Origin: Bacteroidota bacterium
GTDB lineage: Bacteria > Bacteroidota > Bacteroidia > Flavobacteriales_D > Sanyastnellaceae
NCBI GenBank assembly: GCA_002746975.1
Contig: NVXE01000001.1
Span: forward strand, 44,013-108,012
Length of the DNA stretch: 64,000 nucleotides
Direction: 5' to 3'
The first letter of the stretch is position 1. Each line of letters opens with the position of its first letter. Shown piece after piece: positions 55,170 through 64,000 of this stretch. A program made the position numbers and the translations under genes. The notes under the pieces were generated by a model that was given only the letters and a program-made list of their open reading frames with translations, had not been told where the DNA came from and ran no database searches.

Positions 55170-56564
55170 TTAAAAAATATTTCGCATTATTACAAAACAT
55201 ACAGCTCCAGACAGGAATCCAATTAATGCCAACCACGCTATTTTTTTGAAGTACCAAAAGAAATCTATTTTCTCCATTCCCATAGCCACAACACCTGCAG
55301 CAGAACCAATGATCAATATACTTCCTCCAGTACCAGCAGAGTAGGCTATAAAATGCCATAGTGGATCATCCACACCTTCTGAAAACATTCCTAAACTTGC
55401 AGCTACAAGTGGCACATTATCTATAACGGCCGAGCCTATACCCAATAAAACAATCACCAAATCCGACACCTGAGTTCCAACCAATTCTGAGCCAATCAAA
55501 GGTATGCTTACTTTTAATGAATCCGCAAACTCAAATAAAATTCCTAAAGATTCTAAAGCAGCAACTGCCAATAATATTCCTAAGAAGAAAAGAATACTAG
55601 GCAATTCTATTTTTGAAAGCGAATGGTGTACCGCGCTATGGTGCGCCGCTGCATCGCTATCCTCATCCACATTAGATATGCTGAATTTTGAACTACTATA
55701 TATTTCAGCAAAAGTGGCTACTACTGCCAAAGACAGCATCATCCCAACATAAGGAGGCAAATGAGTAACCGTTTTAAATATTGGAACGAACACTATAGCT
55801 CCCAATCCCAAATAAAGCATCGTAGCACCAAAACGATGCGAATCACTTTTCTCCTCTTCAACCTCAATTTCACCCTTAAAGGCAGGTAAAAATGACGCAA
55901 TAAATGTAGGAACCAGCATACATACTAATGATGGCAACAATAAATATCCTATTAATTTACCTGTAGTCACCTTATTACCTATCCACAACATAGTAGTAGT
56001 AACATCTCCAATTGGAGACCAAGCACCTCCAGCATTGGCGGCAACTATAATAAGACCAGCGTACCATAGTCTATCTTCTCTCTTTTTAACAATTTTTTGA
56101 AGGATAGAAATCAATACGATAGTTGCCGTAAGATTATCAATAATTGCAGATAATATAAAAGCTAAGAAGGCAAAAATCCATAAGATTTTCTTTTTACTCC
56201 TTGTTTTTATAAAAGTTTTAATGGTATTAAAACCATTGAAATAATCTATTATTTCTACAATGGTCATTGCTCCCAAGAGGAACACCAATATTTCAGCTGT
56301 TTTTCCAAGATGATGCAAAAGGGTCTCTTCCAGTAAATGGATTCTACCTTCATGCTTTAAAGATTCATATCCTTCTACAAGTGCATGTTTAGAGGAATCA
56401 AACCAAGTATTAAAATCATCTATCCCTAAGGCTATAAAAGCCCACATAACGGCCATCATGGCTAATGCGGGAATTAGTTTATCAATTTTAAGGTTGTGCT
56501 CTAAGGTAATCGCCAAATATCCAGCTACAAATACTATAATCAGTATGGTTTCCATATATTCCAA
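55170..56564 (-). CDS. nhaD: Na+/H+ antiporter NhaD-type (ArsB/NhaD permease superfamily)
   Basis: 464 aa, polytopic. Segments such as IIDNLTATIV and AVIDNVPLVAA are typical of this superfamily. Confidence 0.7.
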   Translation of the reverse strand: MEYMETILIIVFVAGYLAITLEHNLKIDKLIPALAMMAVMWAFIALGIDDFNTWFDSSKHALVEGYESLKHEGRIHLLEETLLHHLGKTAEILVFLLGAMTIVEIIDYFNGFNTIKTFIKTRSKKKILWIFAFLAFILSAIIDNLTATIVLISILQKIVKKREDRLWYAGLIIVAANAGGAWSPIGDVTTTMLWIGNKVTTGKLIGYLLLPSLVCMLVPTFIASFLPAFKGEIEVEEEKSDSHRFGATMLYLGLGAIVFVPIFKTVTHLPPYVGMMLSLAVVATFAEIYSSSKFSISNVDEDSDAAAHHSAVHHSLSKIELPSILFFLGILLAVAALESLGILFEFADSLKVSIPLIGSELVGTQVSDLVIVLLGIGSAVIDNVPLVAASLGMFSEGVDDPLWHFIAYSAGTGGSILIIGSAAGVVAMGMEKIDFFWYFKKIAWLALIGFLSGAVCFVIMRNIF

Positions 56565-56760
56565 TTGGTTTTTCTAGTTTGTTTTCAATTAAAAAATTGA
56601 TTGATTCTTAATTTGGCTAAAGATATTTAAAATTGCCATTCAAATAGCAATCTTAAATATTAAAAAATAAAAAATAAAATCTACGCATTTATCCCATTCA
56701 TTTCACATAATCTATAATAAACATATCTTTGCATATCTAGTCACATAATATCTTTATACT

Positions 56761-57903
56761 ATGGATTTTACGCTTTCAGAAGAACAATTAATGATTCAAC
56801 AAGCAGCAAGAGATTTTGCTCAAAACGAATTACTTCCAGGAGTCATTGAACGTGATGATGCTCAAAAATTTCCCGCTGAACAAGTTAAAAAAATGGGAGA
56901 ATTGGGCTTTTTAGGGATGATGGTGAATCCAAAATATGGCGGAAGCGGACTAGATGCCATCTCCTACACCATAGTAATGGAGGAGCTTTCTAAGATAGAT
57001 GCTTCTGCTTCAGTTGTTGTTTCTGTTAACAATTCTTTGGTCTGTTGGGGACTAGAAACTTATGGGAATGAAGCCCAGAAAGAAAAGTATTTAACCAAAT
57101 TGGCCACAGGCGAGGTTATTGGGGCTTTCTGTTTATCAGAACCAGAAGCAGGAAGTGATGCTACTTCCCAGAAAACAACAGCCATTGACAAAGGTGATCA
57201 CTATATATTAAATGGAACCAAAAATTGGATTACCAACGGAAATTCTGCCTCCACTTATTTAGTAATAGCCCAAACAGATATTGAAAAAGGACATAAAGGC
57301 ATAAATGTTCTAATAGTAGAAAAGGGAATGCCTGGTTTTGAAATTGGTCCCAAAGAAAATAAATTGGGAATTAGAGGAAGCGATACGCATTCTTTAATTT
57401 TTAACGATGTTAAAGTGCCAAAAGAAAACCGAATAGGTGCTGATGGTTTTGGTTTTAAATTTGCCATGAAGACTTTAGCCGGGGGGCGCATTGGTATTGC
57501 GGCACAGGCATTGGGAATTGCTTCGGGTGCTTATGAATTAGCATTAAAGTATTCCAAAGAAAGAAAAACATTCGGTACAGAAATATGTAATCATCAAGCC
57601 ATTGCATTTAAATTAGCCGACATGCACACCAAGATTGAAGCAGCAAGACATTTAGTCAACAAAGCTGCTTGGGATAAAGATAATGGCAACAACTATGATG
57701 TATCTAGTGCTATGGCAAAGTTATACGCCTCTGAAGTAGCAATGGAAACCACCATTGAAGCTGTACAAATACATGGAGGCAATGGTTTTGTAAAAGATTA
57801 TCATGTGGAACGATTCATGAGAGACGCAAAAATTACCCAGATATATGAAGGCACTTCAGAAATTCAAAAAATAGTAATTTCGAGAAGCCTTATTAAAAAC
57901 TAA
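56761..57903 (+). CDS. Acyl-CoA dehydrogenase (short/medium-chain type)
   Basis: 380 aa with the motifs GAFCLSEPEAGSD and QIYEGTSEIQ. Confidence 0.9.
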   Translation: MDFTLSEEQLMIQQAARDFAQNELLPGVIERDDAQKFPAEQVKKMGELGFLGMMVNPKYGGSGLDAISYTIVMEELSKIDASASVVVSVNNSLVCWGLETYGNEAQKEKYLTKLATGEVIGAFCLSEPEAGSDATSQKTTAIDKGDHYILNGTKNWITNGNSASTYLVIAQTDIEKGHKGINVLIVEKGMPGFEIGPKENKLGIRGSDTHSLIFNDVKVPKENRIGADGFGFKFAMKTLAGGRIGIAAQALGIASGAYELALKYSKERKTFGTEICNHQAIAFKLADMHTKIEAARHLVNKAAWDKDNGNNYDVSSAMAKLYASEVAMETTIEAVQIHGGNGFVKDYHVERFMRDAKITQIYEGTSEIQKIVISRSLIKN

Positions 57904-58209
57904 TAAAGCAATCCCTAGTTGTTTTAGGGGGTCGATGCAATTAATTTATGTATACTATATAAGTACATATGAATAAAAATGGGGTGGCAATAAGTAATTC
58001 ATGCTATTATGAACACGCCCCCTATATTAAATACCTTAGCTGAAATTTAGACTTTCGATTTATCATAATCTTAAATTTAGACCGAAGAAATATCGCATTT
58101 GCATATTTTTTAACAAATTATTCCAAACGTTACTTTTTTTGTTACATTCCATTTGAAAGAGTGTAAATAATGCATTAAAAATGATATTTTTGGAGAAATA
58201 CCATAATAT

Positions 58210-61200
58210 ATGAAGTTGAGAAAACAAGGGTTGTATTTGCCAGAATTTGAGCACGATAACTGTGGAGCAGGATTCATCTGTAGCCTTAAAGGAGAAAAGT
58301 CTAATGACATTATCCATAAGGCTTTGGAAATTTTGGACAAATTAGAACACAGGGGAGCCGTAAGTGCTGATGGAAAAACTGGTGATGGTGCTGGTATTTT
58401 AGTGGATATTCCTCATGATTTCTTTAGTGAAGTATGCAGTTTTGATTTACCAAAACCTGGTTCTTATGCAGTTGCGAATGTTTTTCTACCTCAAAAAGAA
58501 AATCAAAGAGATTATTGTATTTCCATTTTTGAAGAAAATATAAAGAAACAAGGACTAAAATTATTGGGCTGGAGAAATGTACCAATCAACAAATCTGTTC
58601 CAGGGAGAATTGCTGCTGAAACGGAACCTTTTGTCAAACAAGTCTTCATTACCACTACAAACGAAAAGCAAGATACTTTTAATTTTAACCTTAAATTATT
58701 TATTGCTCGTAAGGTTACTGAACATAAAATCATAAGCTCCAAATTATCTGAAAGCAATTTCTTTTATCTTCCTAGTTTATCAACAAAAATCATCATTTTC
58801 AAAGGGCTTTTAATGCCTAATGATATTAAACTGTACTACAAAGATTTAATGGATTCCAGAGTGGTTACCAGATTGGCTTTGGTGCACCAAAGGTTCTCTA
58901 CCAATACCTTCCCTACTTGGGATTTGGCCCAGCCTTTTAGGTACATGTGTCATAATGGTGAAATAAACACTTTAAGAGGCAATGTATCCAGAATGCGTTC
59001 TAGAGAAGAACTTTTAAAGAGTGATTGGTTTGGTGATGAAATAAAAAATATTCTTCCAGTTATTTTACCCGGAAAATCAGATTCTGCTACTATGGATATG
59101 GTTGTAGAACTTTTATTGATGACCGGACGATCCTTGCCTGAAGTAATGATGATGATGGTACCTGAAGCTTGGGAAAAAAATACCGAAATGTCTGAGGCCA
59201 AAAGAGCTTTTTACGAATATAATTCATGCTTAATGGAGCCTTGGGATGGTCCAGCATCCGTACCATTTACTGATGGTAATTACATTGGAGCTGTTTTGGA
59301 CAGAAACGGATTAAGACCTTCGCGATACAGCCTTACCAAGGATGGTTATGTGATTATGGCCTCAGAAACTGGAGTTGTAGACATTGCCCCGGAAAATATA
59401 GAATTCCACGGAAGATTGGAACCGGGAAAAATGTTCTTGGTGAACATGGAAGAAGGACGCATTATTAATGATGAAGAGATAAAAGAAAAAATAGCCCAAC
59501 AACATCCTTATAAAAAGTGGCTGAATGCTAACTTAGTACACTTAAAAGACATTCCATATAATGATTGCCCTCTTTTTATAGGAGAAGAAACCTTAGAAAA
59601 AAGAAAAGCAGCTTTTGGATATACTTTGGAAGATATCAACACCATCATTCTTCCCATGGGTAAAAGCGCTAAAGAACCTATTGGCTCAATGGGGTCGGAC
59701 ACACCAATTGCGGTTCTCTCAGAACGCCCTCAATTGATCTACAATTATTTCAAACAATTATTTGCGCAGGTAACCAATCCTCCTTTGGATGGAATTAGAG
59801 AAGAATTAATTACAGACATAAGCCTTACTTTGGGCAGTGATCATAATATATTTGAAACAACGGAATTACATTGTAGAAAATTAAAAATTCAGAACCCCGT
59901 GATTTCCAAAGAGGATTTGGATAAAATAAAAAACTACGATGCTAGTCCAGATTATAAAGTATTGTCAATTCCAATTCTTTATAATATTGACAAAGGAAAC
60001 AATGGGTTGGAAGATGCTCTTGAATCTATTTTGGATCAAGCATCAAAAGCAATAGACGAGGACACCAATATCATAATTCTTTCTGATAGAAATATTTGCA
60101 AAGATAAAGCCCCTATACCTGCATTATTAGCTTGTTCATTTATTAACAGTGGCCTTCAGTTATTAGGAAAGCGTTCCAAATTAAGTATCATCATTGAATC
60201 TGCCGAACCAAGAGAGGTGCATCATTTTGCTTTACTGTTTGGCTTTGGAGCAAGTGCCATAAATCCTTATTTGGTAAATGAAATCATCGCAGAACAAATC
60301 AAAGAAAATGATATTACAGAATTTACCTTTGATGAAGCAATTAAAAATTATAACAAAGCAATAGGAAAGGGGATTCTTAAAGTAATGAACAAAATAGGGA
60401 TTTCCACCTTAAATTCTTACAGAGGATCTCAACTATTTGAATGTATTGGGATAAACACCAAAACTGTTGAAAAGTACTTCCCAAATACTCCAACTAGAAT
60501 CCAAGGAATTGGACTTTATGAAATAGAGAAAGAAATAGCCAAACGACATAAAAAAGCATTCAAGGAGCAGGAAATATCTGCAAACATGGATTTGGAAATA
60601 GGAGGCCAATATAGATGGAGAAGAAATGGAGAAAAACATTTATTTAATCCATTGACCATAGCAAAATTGCAAAAATCAGTTCGCAGCAATGAACCTGACA
60701 CCTATAAGGAGTATGCAAAAATGGTTAACGAGCAATCCAAAAACTTAATGACCATTAGAGGTTTGTTTGAGTTTTCTAATTATGACCCTATTCCGATTGA
60801 AGAAGTTGAACCTTGGACGGAAATCGTTAAAAGGTTTAAGACTGGAGCCATGTCTTATGGCTCAATTAGTAAGGAAGCACATGAAAATTTAGCGATTGCC
60901 ATGAACCGAATTGGAGGAAAAAGCAACTCTGGTGAAGGTGGTGAAGACGCTGAGCGTTTTTACAAAAACGAAACTGGGGATTGGAGAAATAGTGCCATTA
61001 AGCAAGTAGCCTCTGGTAGATTTGGAGTCACTTCTAACTATCTAACCAGTGCCAAGGAAATACAAATTAAAATGGCCCAAGGAGCCAAACCTGGTGAAGG
61101 AGGGCAACTACCTGGACCTAAAGTAAACCCAGCAATTGCAAAAACAAGAAATTCTACCCCATACGTTGGATTGATTTCTCCCCCTCCACATCATGATATC

Positions 61201-62718
61201 TATTCCATTGAAGATCTTTCTCAATTGATCTTTGATTTAAAAGCGGCAAATAGAAAGGCAAGAATCAATGTGAAATTAGTATCAGAAGTTGGAGTTGGTA
61301 CAGTTGCAGCAGGTGTTGCAAAAGCAAAAGCCGATGTCATATTAGTTTCTGGTTTTGATGGTGGAACTGGTGCATCACCATTAACCTCCCTAAAGCATGC
61401 TGGCCTGCCATGGGAACTAGGAATTGCCGAAGCACAACAAACCCTCGTTCTTAATGATTTAAGAAATAGAATTGTATTAGAATGTGACGGACAATTAAAA
61501 ACCGGTAGGGATGTTGCCATAGCTTGCTTGTTAGGCGCAGAAGAATTTGGTTTTGCCACAGCGCCATTGGTTGCGTCTGGATGTATTATGATGCGCGTAT
61601 GCCACTTGAACACATGTCCAGTAGGCATTGCTACCCAGAATCCTGATCTACGTAAAAAATTCAAAGGAAAGCCAGAACATGTGGTAAACTACATGTACTT
61701 TGTGGCACAAGAGCTTCGTGAAATCATGGCTCAGTTAGGTTTCAAAACCATTAATGAAATGGTAGGACAAGTTCAAAAGCTAGACCGTAAAAAAGCATTA
61801 GACCACTATAAGACAGCAGGAATTGATTTATCCCCAATATTATATAAGGTTGACGTGCCAAGTGGTACCAAATTATACAATACGGAAAAACAAAAACATG
61901 ACGTATTCAATTCAATAGAATTTGACATTATTGAGAAAGCGCATCCTGCTTTATTTAGAAAAGAAAAAATAACACTGGATTTTCCAATTTATAATACAGA
62001 TAGAGCTATAGGTGCTATCATAAGTAATGAAATATCAAAAATTTATGGTGCCGAAGGTCTGCCAGAAAATACGCTGAAGTTAAACTTCACCGGTTCTGCT
62101 GGACAAAGTTTTGGAGGCTTTGCCACCAAAGGCTTAACCATGATAGTCAACGGAAATACAAATGACTATTTGGGTAAAGGTCTTTCAGGTGCCAAATTAA
62201 TCATAAAAGTTCCGGACAAATCCACCCTTAAGCCAGAAGATAATGTAATCACAGGAAATGTTACCCTTTATGGAGCAACAGCTGGTGAGGTGTACATCAA
62301 TGGAAAAGCTGGAGAAAGATTCTGTGTGAGAAATTCAGGTGCAAAAGCCGTTGTAGAAGGCATAGGAGATCATGGGTGTGAATATATGACTGGTGGTATT
62401 GCAGTTATTCTAGGCACTGTTGGCAGAAATTTTGGCGCAGGAATGAGCGGTGGTATTGCTTATGTTTTTGATGAAGCAGGTACTTTTGAAAGAAACTGCA
62501 ATATGGAAGCGCTAAATCTTTTAGCTGTTGATGAAGATGATGATATTACGCAACTAAAGGAATTGATAGAGAATCATTACAATGCAACCTTAAGCCCACT
62601 TGCACAACGCATATTGGAAAATTGGGAAGCATATCTTCCAAAATTTGTCAAAGTATTCCCAGAGGAGTACAAGCAAGCATTGATTAGATTGGAAAAAGAA
62701 AAATTGGAAACTATATAA
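58210..62718 (+). CDS. gltB: Glutamate synthase large subunit
   Basis: 1502 aa. The N-terminal amidotransferase domain has Cys in [10 protein letters not shown], followed by the FMN/3Fe-4S domains and the GXGXG C-terminal domain. Confidence 0.97.
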   Translation: MKLRKQGLYLPEFEHDNCGAGFICSLKGEKSNDIIHKALEILDKLEHRGAVSADGKTGDGAGILVDIPHDFFSEVCSFDLPKPGSYAVANVFLPQKENQRDYCISIFEENIKKQGLKLLGWRNVPINKSVPGRIAAETEPFVKQVFITTTNEKQDTFNFNLKLFIARKVTEHKIISSKLSESNFFYLPSLSTKIIIFKGLLMPNDIKLYYKDLMDSRVVTRLALVHQRFSTNTFPTWDLAQPFRYMCHNGEINTLRGNVSRMRSREELLKSDWFGDEIKNILPVILPGKSDSATMDMVVELLLMTGRSLPEVMMMMVPEAWEKNTEMSEAKRAFYEYNSCLMEPWDGPASVPFTDGNYIGAVLDRNGLRPSRYSLTKDGYVIMASETGVVDIAPENIEFHGRLEPGKMFLVNMEEGRIINDEEIKEKIAQQHPYKKWLNANLVHLKDIPYNDCPLFIGEETLEKRKAAFGYTLEDINTIILPMGKSAKEPIGSMGSDTPIAVLSERPQLIYNYFKQLFAQVTNPPLDGIREELITDISLTLGSDHNIFETTELHCRKLKIQNPVISKEDLDKIKNYDASPDYKVLSIPILYNIDKGNNGLEDALESILDQASKAIDEDTNIIILSDRNICKDKAPIPALLACSFINSGLQLLGKRSKLSIIIESAEPREVHHFALLFGFGASAINPYLVNEIIAEQIKENDITEFTFDEAIKNYNKAIGKGILKVMNKIGISTLNSYRGSQLFECIGINTKTVEKYFPNTPTRIQGIGLYEIEKEIAKRHKKAFKEQEISANMDLEIGGQYRWRRNGEKHLFNPLTIAKLQKSVRSNEPDTYKEYAKMVNEQSKNLMTIRGLFEFSNYDPIPIEEVEPWTEIVKRFKTGAMSYGSISKEAHENLAIAMNRIGGKSNSGEGGEDAERFYKNETGDWRNSAIKQVASGRFGVTSNYLTSAKEIQIKMAQGAKPGEGGQLPGPKVNPAIAKTRNSTPYVGLISPPPHHDIYSIEDLSQLIFDLKAANRKARINVKLVSEVGVGTVAAGVAKAKADVILVSGFDGGTGASPLTSLKHAGLPWELGIAEAQQTLVLNDLRNRIVLECDGQLKTGRDVAIACLLGAEEFGFATAPLVASGCIMMRVCHLNTCPVGIATQNPDLRKKFKGKPEHVVNYMYFVAQELREIMAQLGFKTINEMVGQVQKLDRKKALDHYKTAGIDLSPILYKVDVPSGTKLYNTEKQKHDVFNSIEFDIIEKAHPALFRKEKITLDFPIYNTDRAIGAIISNEISKIYGAEGLPENTLKLNFTGSAGQSFGGFATKGLTMIVNGNTNDYLGKGLSGAKLIIKVPDKSTLKPEDNVITGNVTLYGATAGEVYINGKAGERFCVRNSGAKAVVEGIGDHGCEYMTGGIAVILGTVGRNFGAGMSGGIAYVFDEAGTFERNCNMEALNLLAVDEDDDITQLKELIENHYNATLSPLAQRILENWEAYLPKFVKVFPEEYKQALIRLEKEKLETI

Positions 62719-62725
62719 GGAGGCT

Positions 62726-64000
62726 ATGGGAAAGATTACAGGATTTATGGAGTTTGACAGAGAGATAGAAAAATATGCTCCCGTTAAAGAACGCATAAAA
62801 AATTACAAAGAGTTTACCCTTCCAATGAAAGAAAAAGAGCTTAAAGATCAAGGAGCTCGTTGTATGGATTGTGGAATTCCTTTTTGTCATAGTGGATGTC
62901 CATTAGGCAATTTGATTCCAGATTTTAATGATGCCATTTATAGAGGGAAATGGGAGAAAGCCACTGAAATTCTTCATTCTACAAATAATTTTCCTGAATT
63001 CACAGGTAGATTGTGCCCTGCTCCATGTGAGGAAGCATGTGTGCTTGGTATAAATGAAGACCCGGTTTCTATAGAAAACATAGAGAAAAACATAGTTGAA
63101 ACGGCCTTTAAAAAAGGATGGATTTCCGCACAGCCACCTGTTACTAGAACAGGGAAAAAAGTTGCAGTAGTAGGTTCAGGACCATCTGGTCTTGCAGCCG
63201 CTCAGCAACTAAATAGAGCTGGTCATTTAGTTACTGTTTATGAACGTGATGAAAAAATAGGAGGCTTATTAAGATATGGTATTCCAGATTTTAAGATGGA
63301 AAAGAGTGTCATTGACAGAAGATTAAAAGTACTTGAAGAAGAAGGTATTGTTTTTAAAACTGGAGTACATGTTGGTGTTGATATCAAAGCAACTCAACTT
63401 AAAACAGAATTTGACGCTGTAGTTTTATGTGGTGGTGCAACAGTTAGAAGAAACCTACCTATAAAAGGGGCAGATTTAAAAGGAGTTATACAAGCCATGG
63501 ATTTTCTAAAGCAAAACAACGAACGTGTTGATGGCGTTAAATATCTGGGTGAAGAAATAATGGCGACGAACAAAGATGTTATTGTCATTGGTGGTGGTGA
63601 TACAGGTTCTGACTGTATAGGAACATCTATACGACAGGGAGCCACATCTGTTACTAATTTTGAAATCATGGGCAAAGGAACCACGGCACGTCCAATAGAC
63701 CAGCCATGGCCATTTTGGCCTATGCGACTAAAAGAAACTTCTTCGCATAAAGAAGGAGCAGAGCGTTTCTTTAGTGTTTCAACAAAAGAATTTATAGGAG
63801 ATAAAAATGGAAACCTTACTGGATTGATTACTACGGAAGTGGAATGGATCAAAACTCCTGGACAAAGGCCAATATTAAAGGAAGTTCCAGGCACCGAAAA
63901 GGAATGGAAATGCCAACTTACTTTCTTAGCAATGGGCTTTACAGGTTCGGAAATGACTATTGCCGAACAATTAGGCCTAGAGGCTGATCCAAGAACCAAT
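62726..64000 (+). CDS. gltD: Glutamate synthase small subunit (NADPH); partial, runs off the window
   Basis: The ATG at 62726 gives MGKITGFMEFDREIEKYAPVKERIKNYKEF...RCMDCGIPFCHSGCPLGNLIPDF and later VAVVGSGPSGLAAA. The frame is open to the window end. It is absent from the ORF track because there is no stop. Confidence 0.9.
   Translation, partial: MGKITGFMEFDREIEKYAPVKERIKNYKEFTLPMKEKELKDQGARCMDCGIPFCHSGCPLGNLIPDFNDAIYRGKWEKATEILHSTNNFPEFTGRLCPAPCEEACVLGINEDPVSIENIEKNIVETAFKKGWISAQPPVTRTGKKVAVVGSGPSGLAAAQQLNRAGHLVTVYERDEKIGGLLRYGIPDFKMEKSVIDRRLKVLEEEGIVFKTGVHVGVDIKATQLKTEFDAVVLCGGATVRRNLPIKGADLKGVIQAMDFLKQNNERVDGVKYLGEEIMATNKDVIVIGGGDTGSDCIGTSIRQGATSVTNFEIMGKGTTARPIDQPWPFWPMRLKETSSHKEGAERFFSVSTKEFIGDKNGNLTGLITTEVEWIKTPGQRPILKEVPGTEKEWKCQLTFLAMGFTGSEMTIAEQLGLEADPRTN

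Noticed and set aside
58043-58082. A direct repeat AAATTTAGAC at two positions 30 bp apart upstream of gltB.
   Set aside because: It is a single pair of AT-rich 10-mers. No partner regulator or further copies were seen.

Overview
This is an AT-rich chromosomal segment whose gene content and synteny match a Flavobacteriia (Bacteroidota) genome. Supporting signs are the gliding/T9SS genes porV and gldJ, lipoprotein-type signal peptides and TAnnTTTG-type promoter boxes. I call about 60 protein genes and two tRNA-Val genes. I see no rRNA, no CRISPR array, no transposase or integrase, and no recognisable phage-defence system. Left to right the blocks are: (1) PDH E2 (partial) and E1-alpha, cdd, porV, gldJ, murF and tRNA-Val(GAC). 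(2) A ~0.8 kb ORF-free spacer, then a five-gene beta-mannan/mannobiose operon without SusC/SusD: GH26, Na+/solute symporter, GH130 mannosylglucose phosphorylase, cellobiose-2-epimerase-type AGE, and a Calx-beta+GH26 enzyme. (3) A ~14.4 kb nitrate/nitrite assimilation supercluster. On the minus strand it carries moaC, a 123-aa unknown, a siroheme CysG-N domain, a PAS/HisKA_3 kinase, DUF4202, nirD and nirB. On the plus strand it carries an NNP transporter, a NarL-type regulator, a fused molybdopterin+FAD nitrate reductase and a rubredoxin-fusion unknown. The same TACGTAT-N2-ATACGTA element sits at all three promoters. (4) About 20 kb of mostly minus-strand stress/detox/redox genes with local regulators: a MarR disrupted by two in-frame stops, TetR, Crp/Fnr, a membrane LuxR and a TPR-LytTR protein. 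Several have candidate palindromic operators. (5) tRNA-Val(TAC), folC, tonB-exbD-exbB, nhaD, acyl-CoA dehydrogenase, gltB and gltD (partial). The most promising unexplained content is the set of conserved unknowns inside the nitrate cluster, especially the rubredoxin fusion carrying two nitrite/sulfite-reductase ferredoxin-like half-domains, together with the predicted 7-2-7 operator regulon. All family assignments come from reading motifs in the translations. No database search was run.
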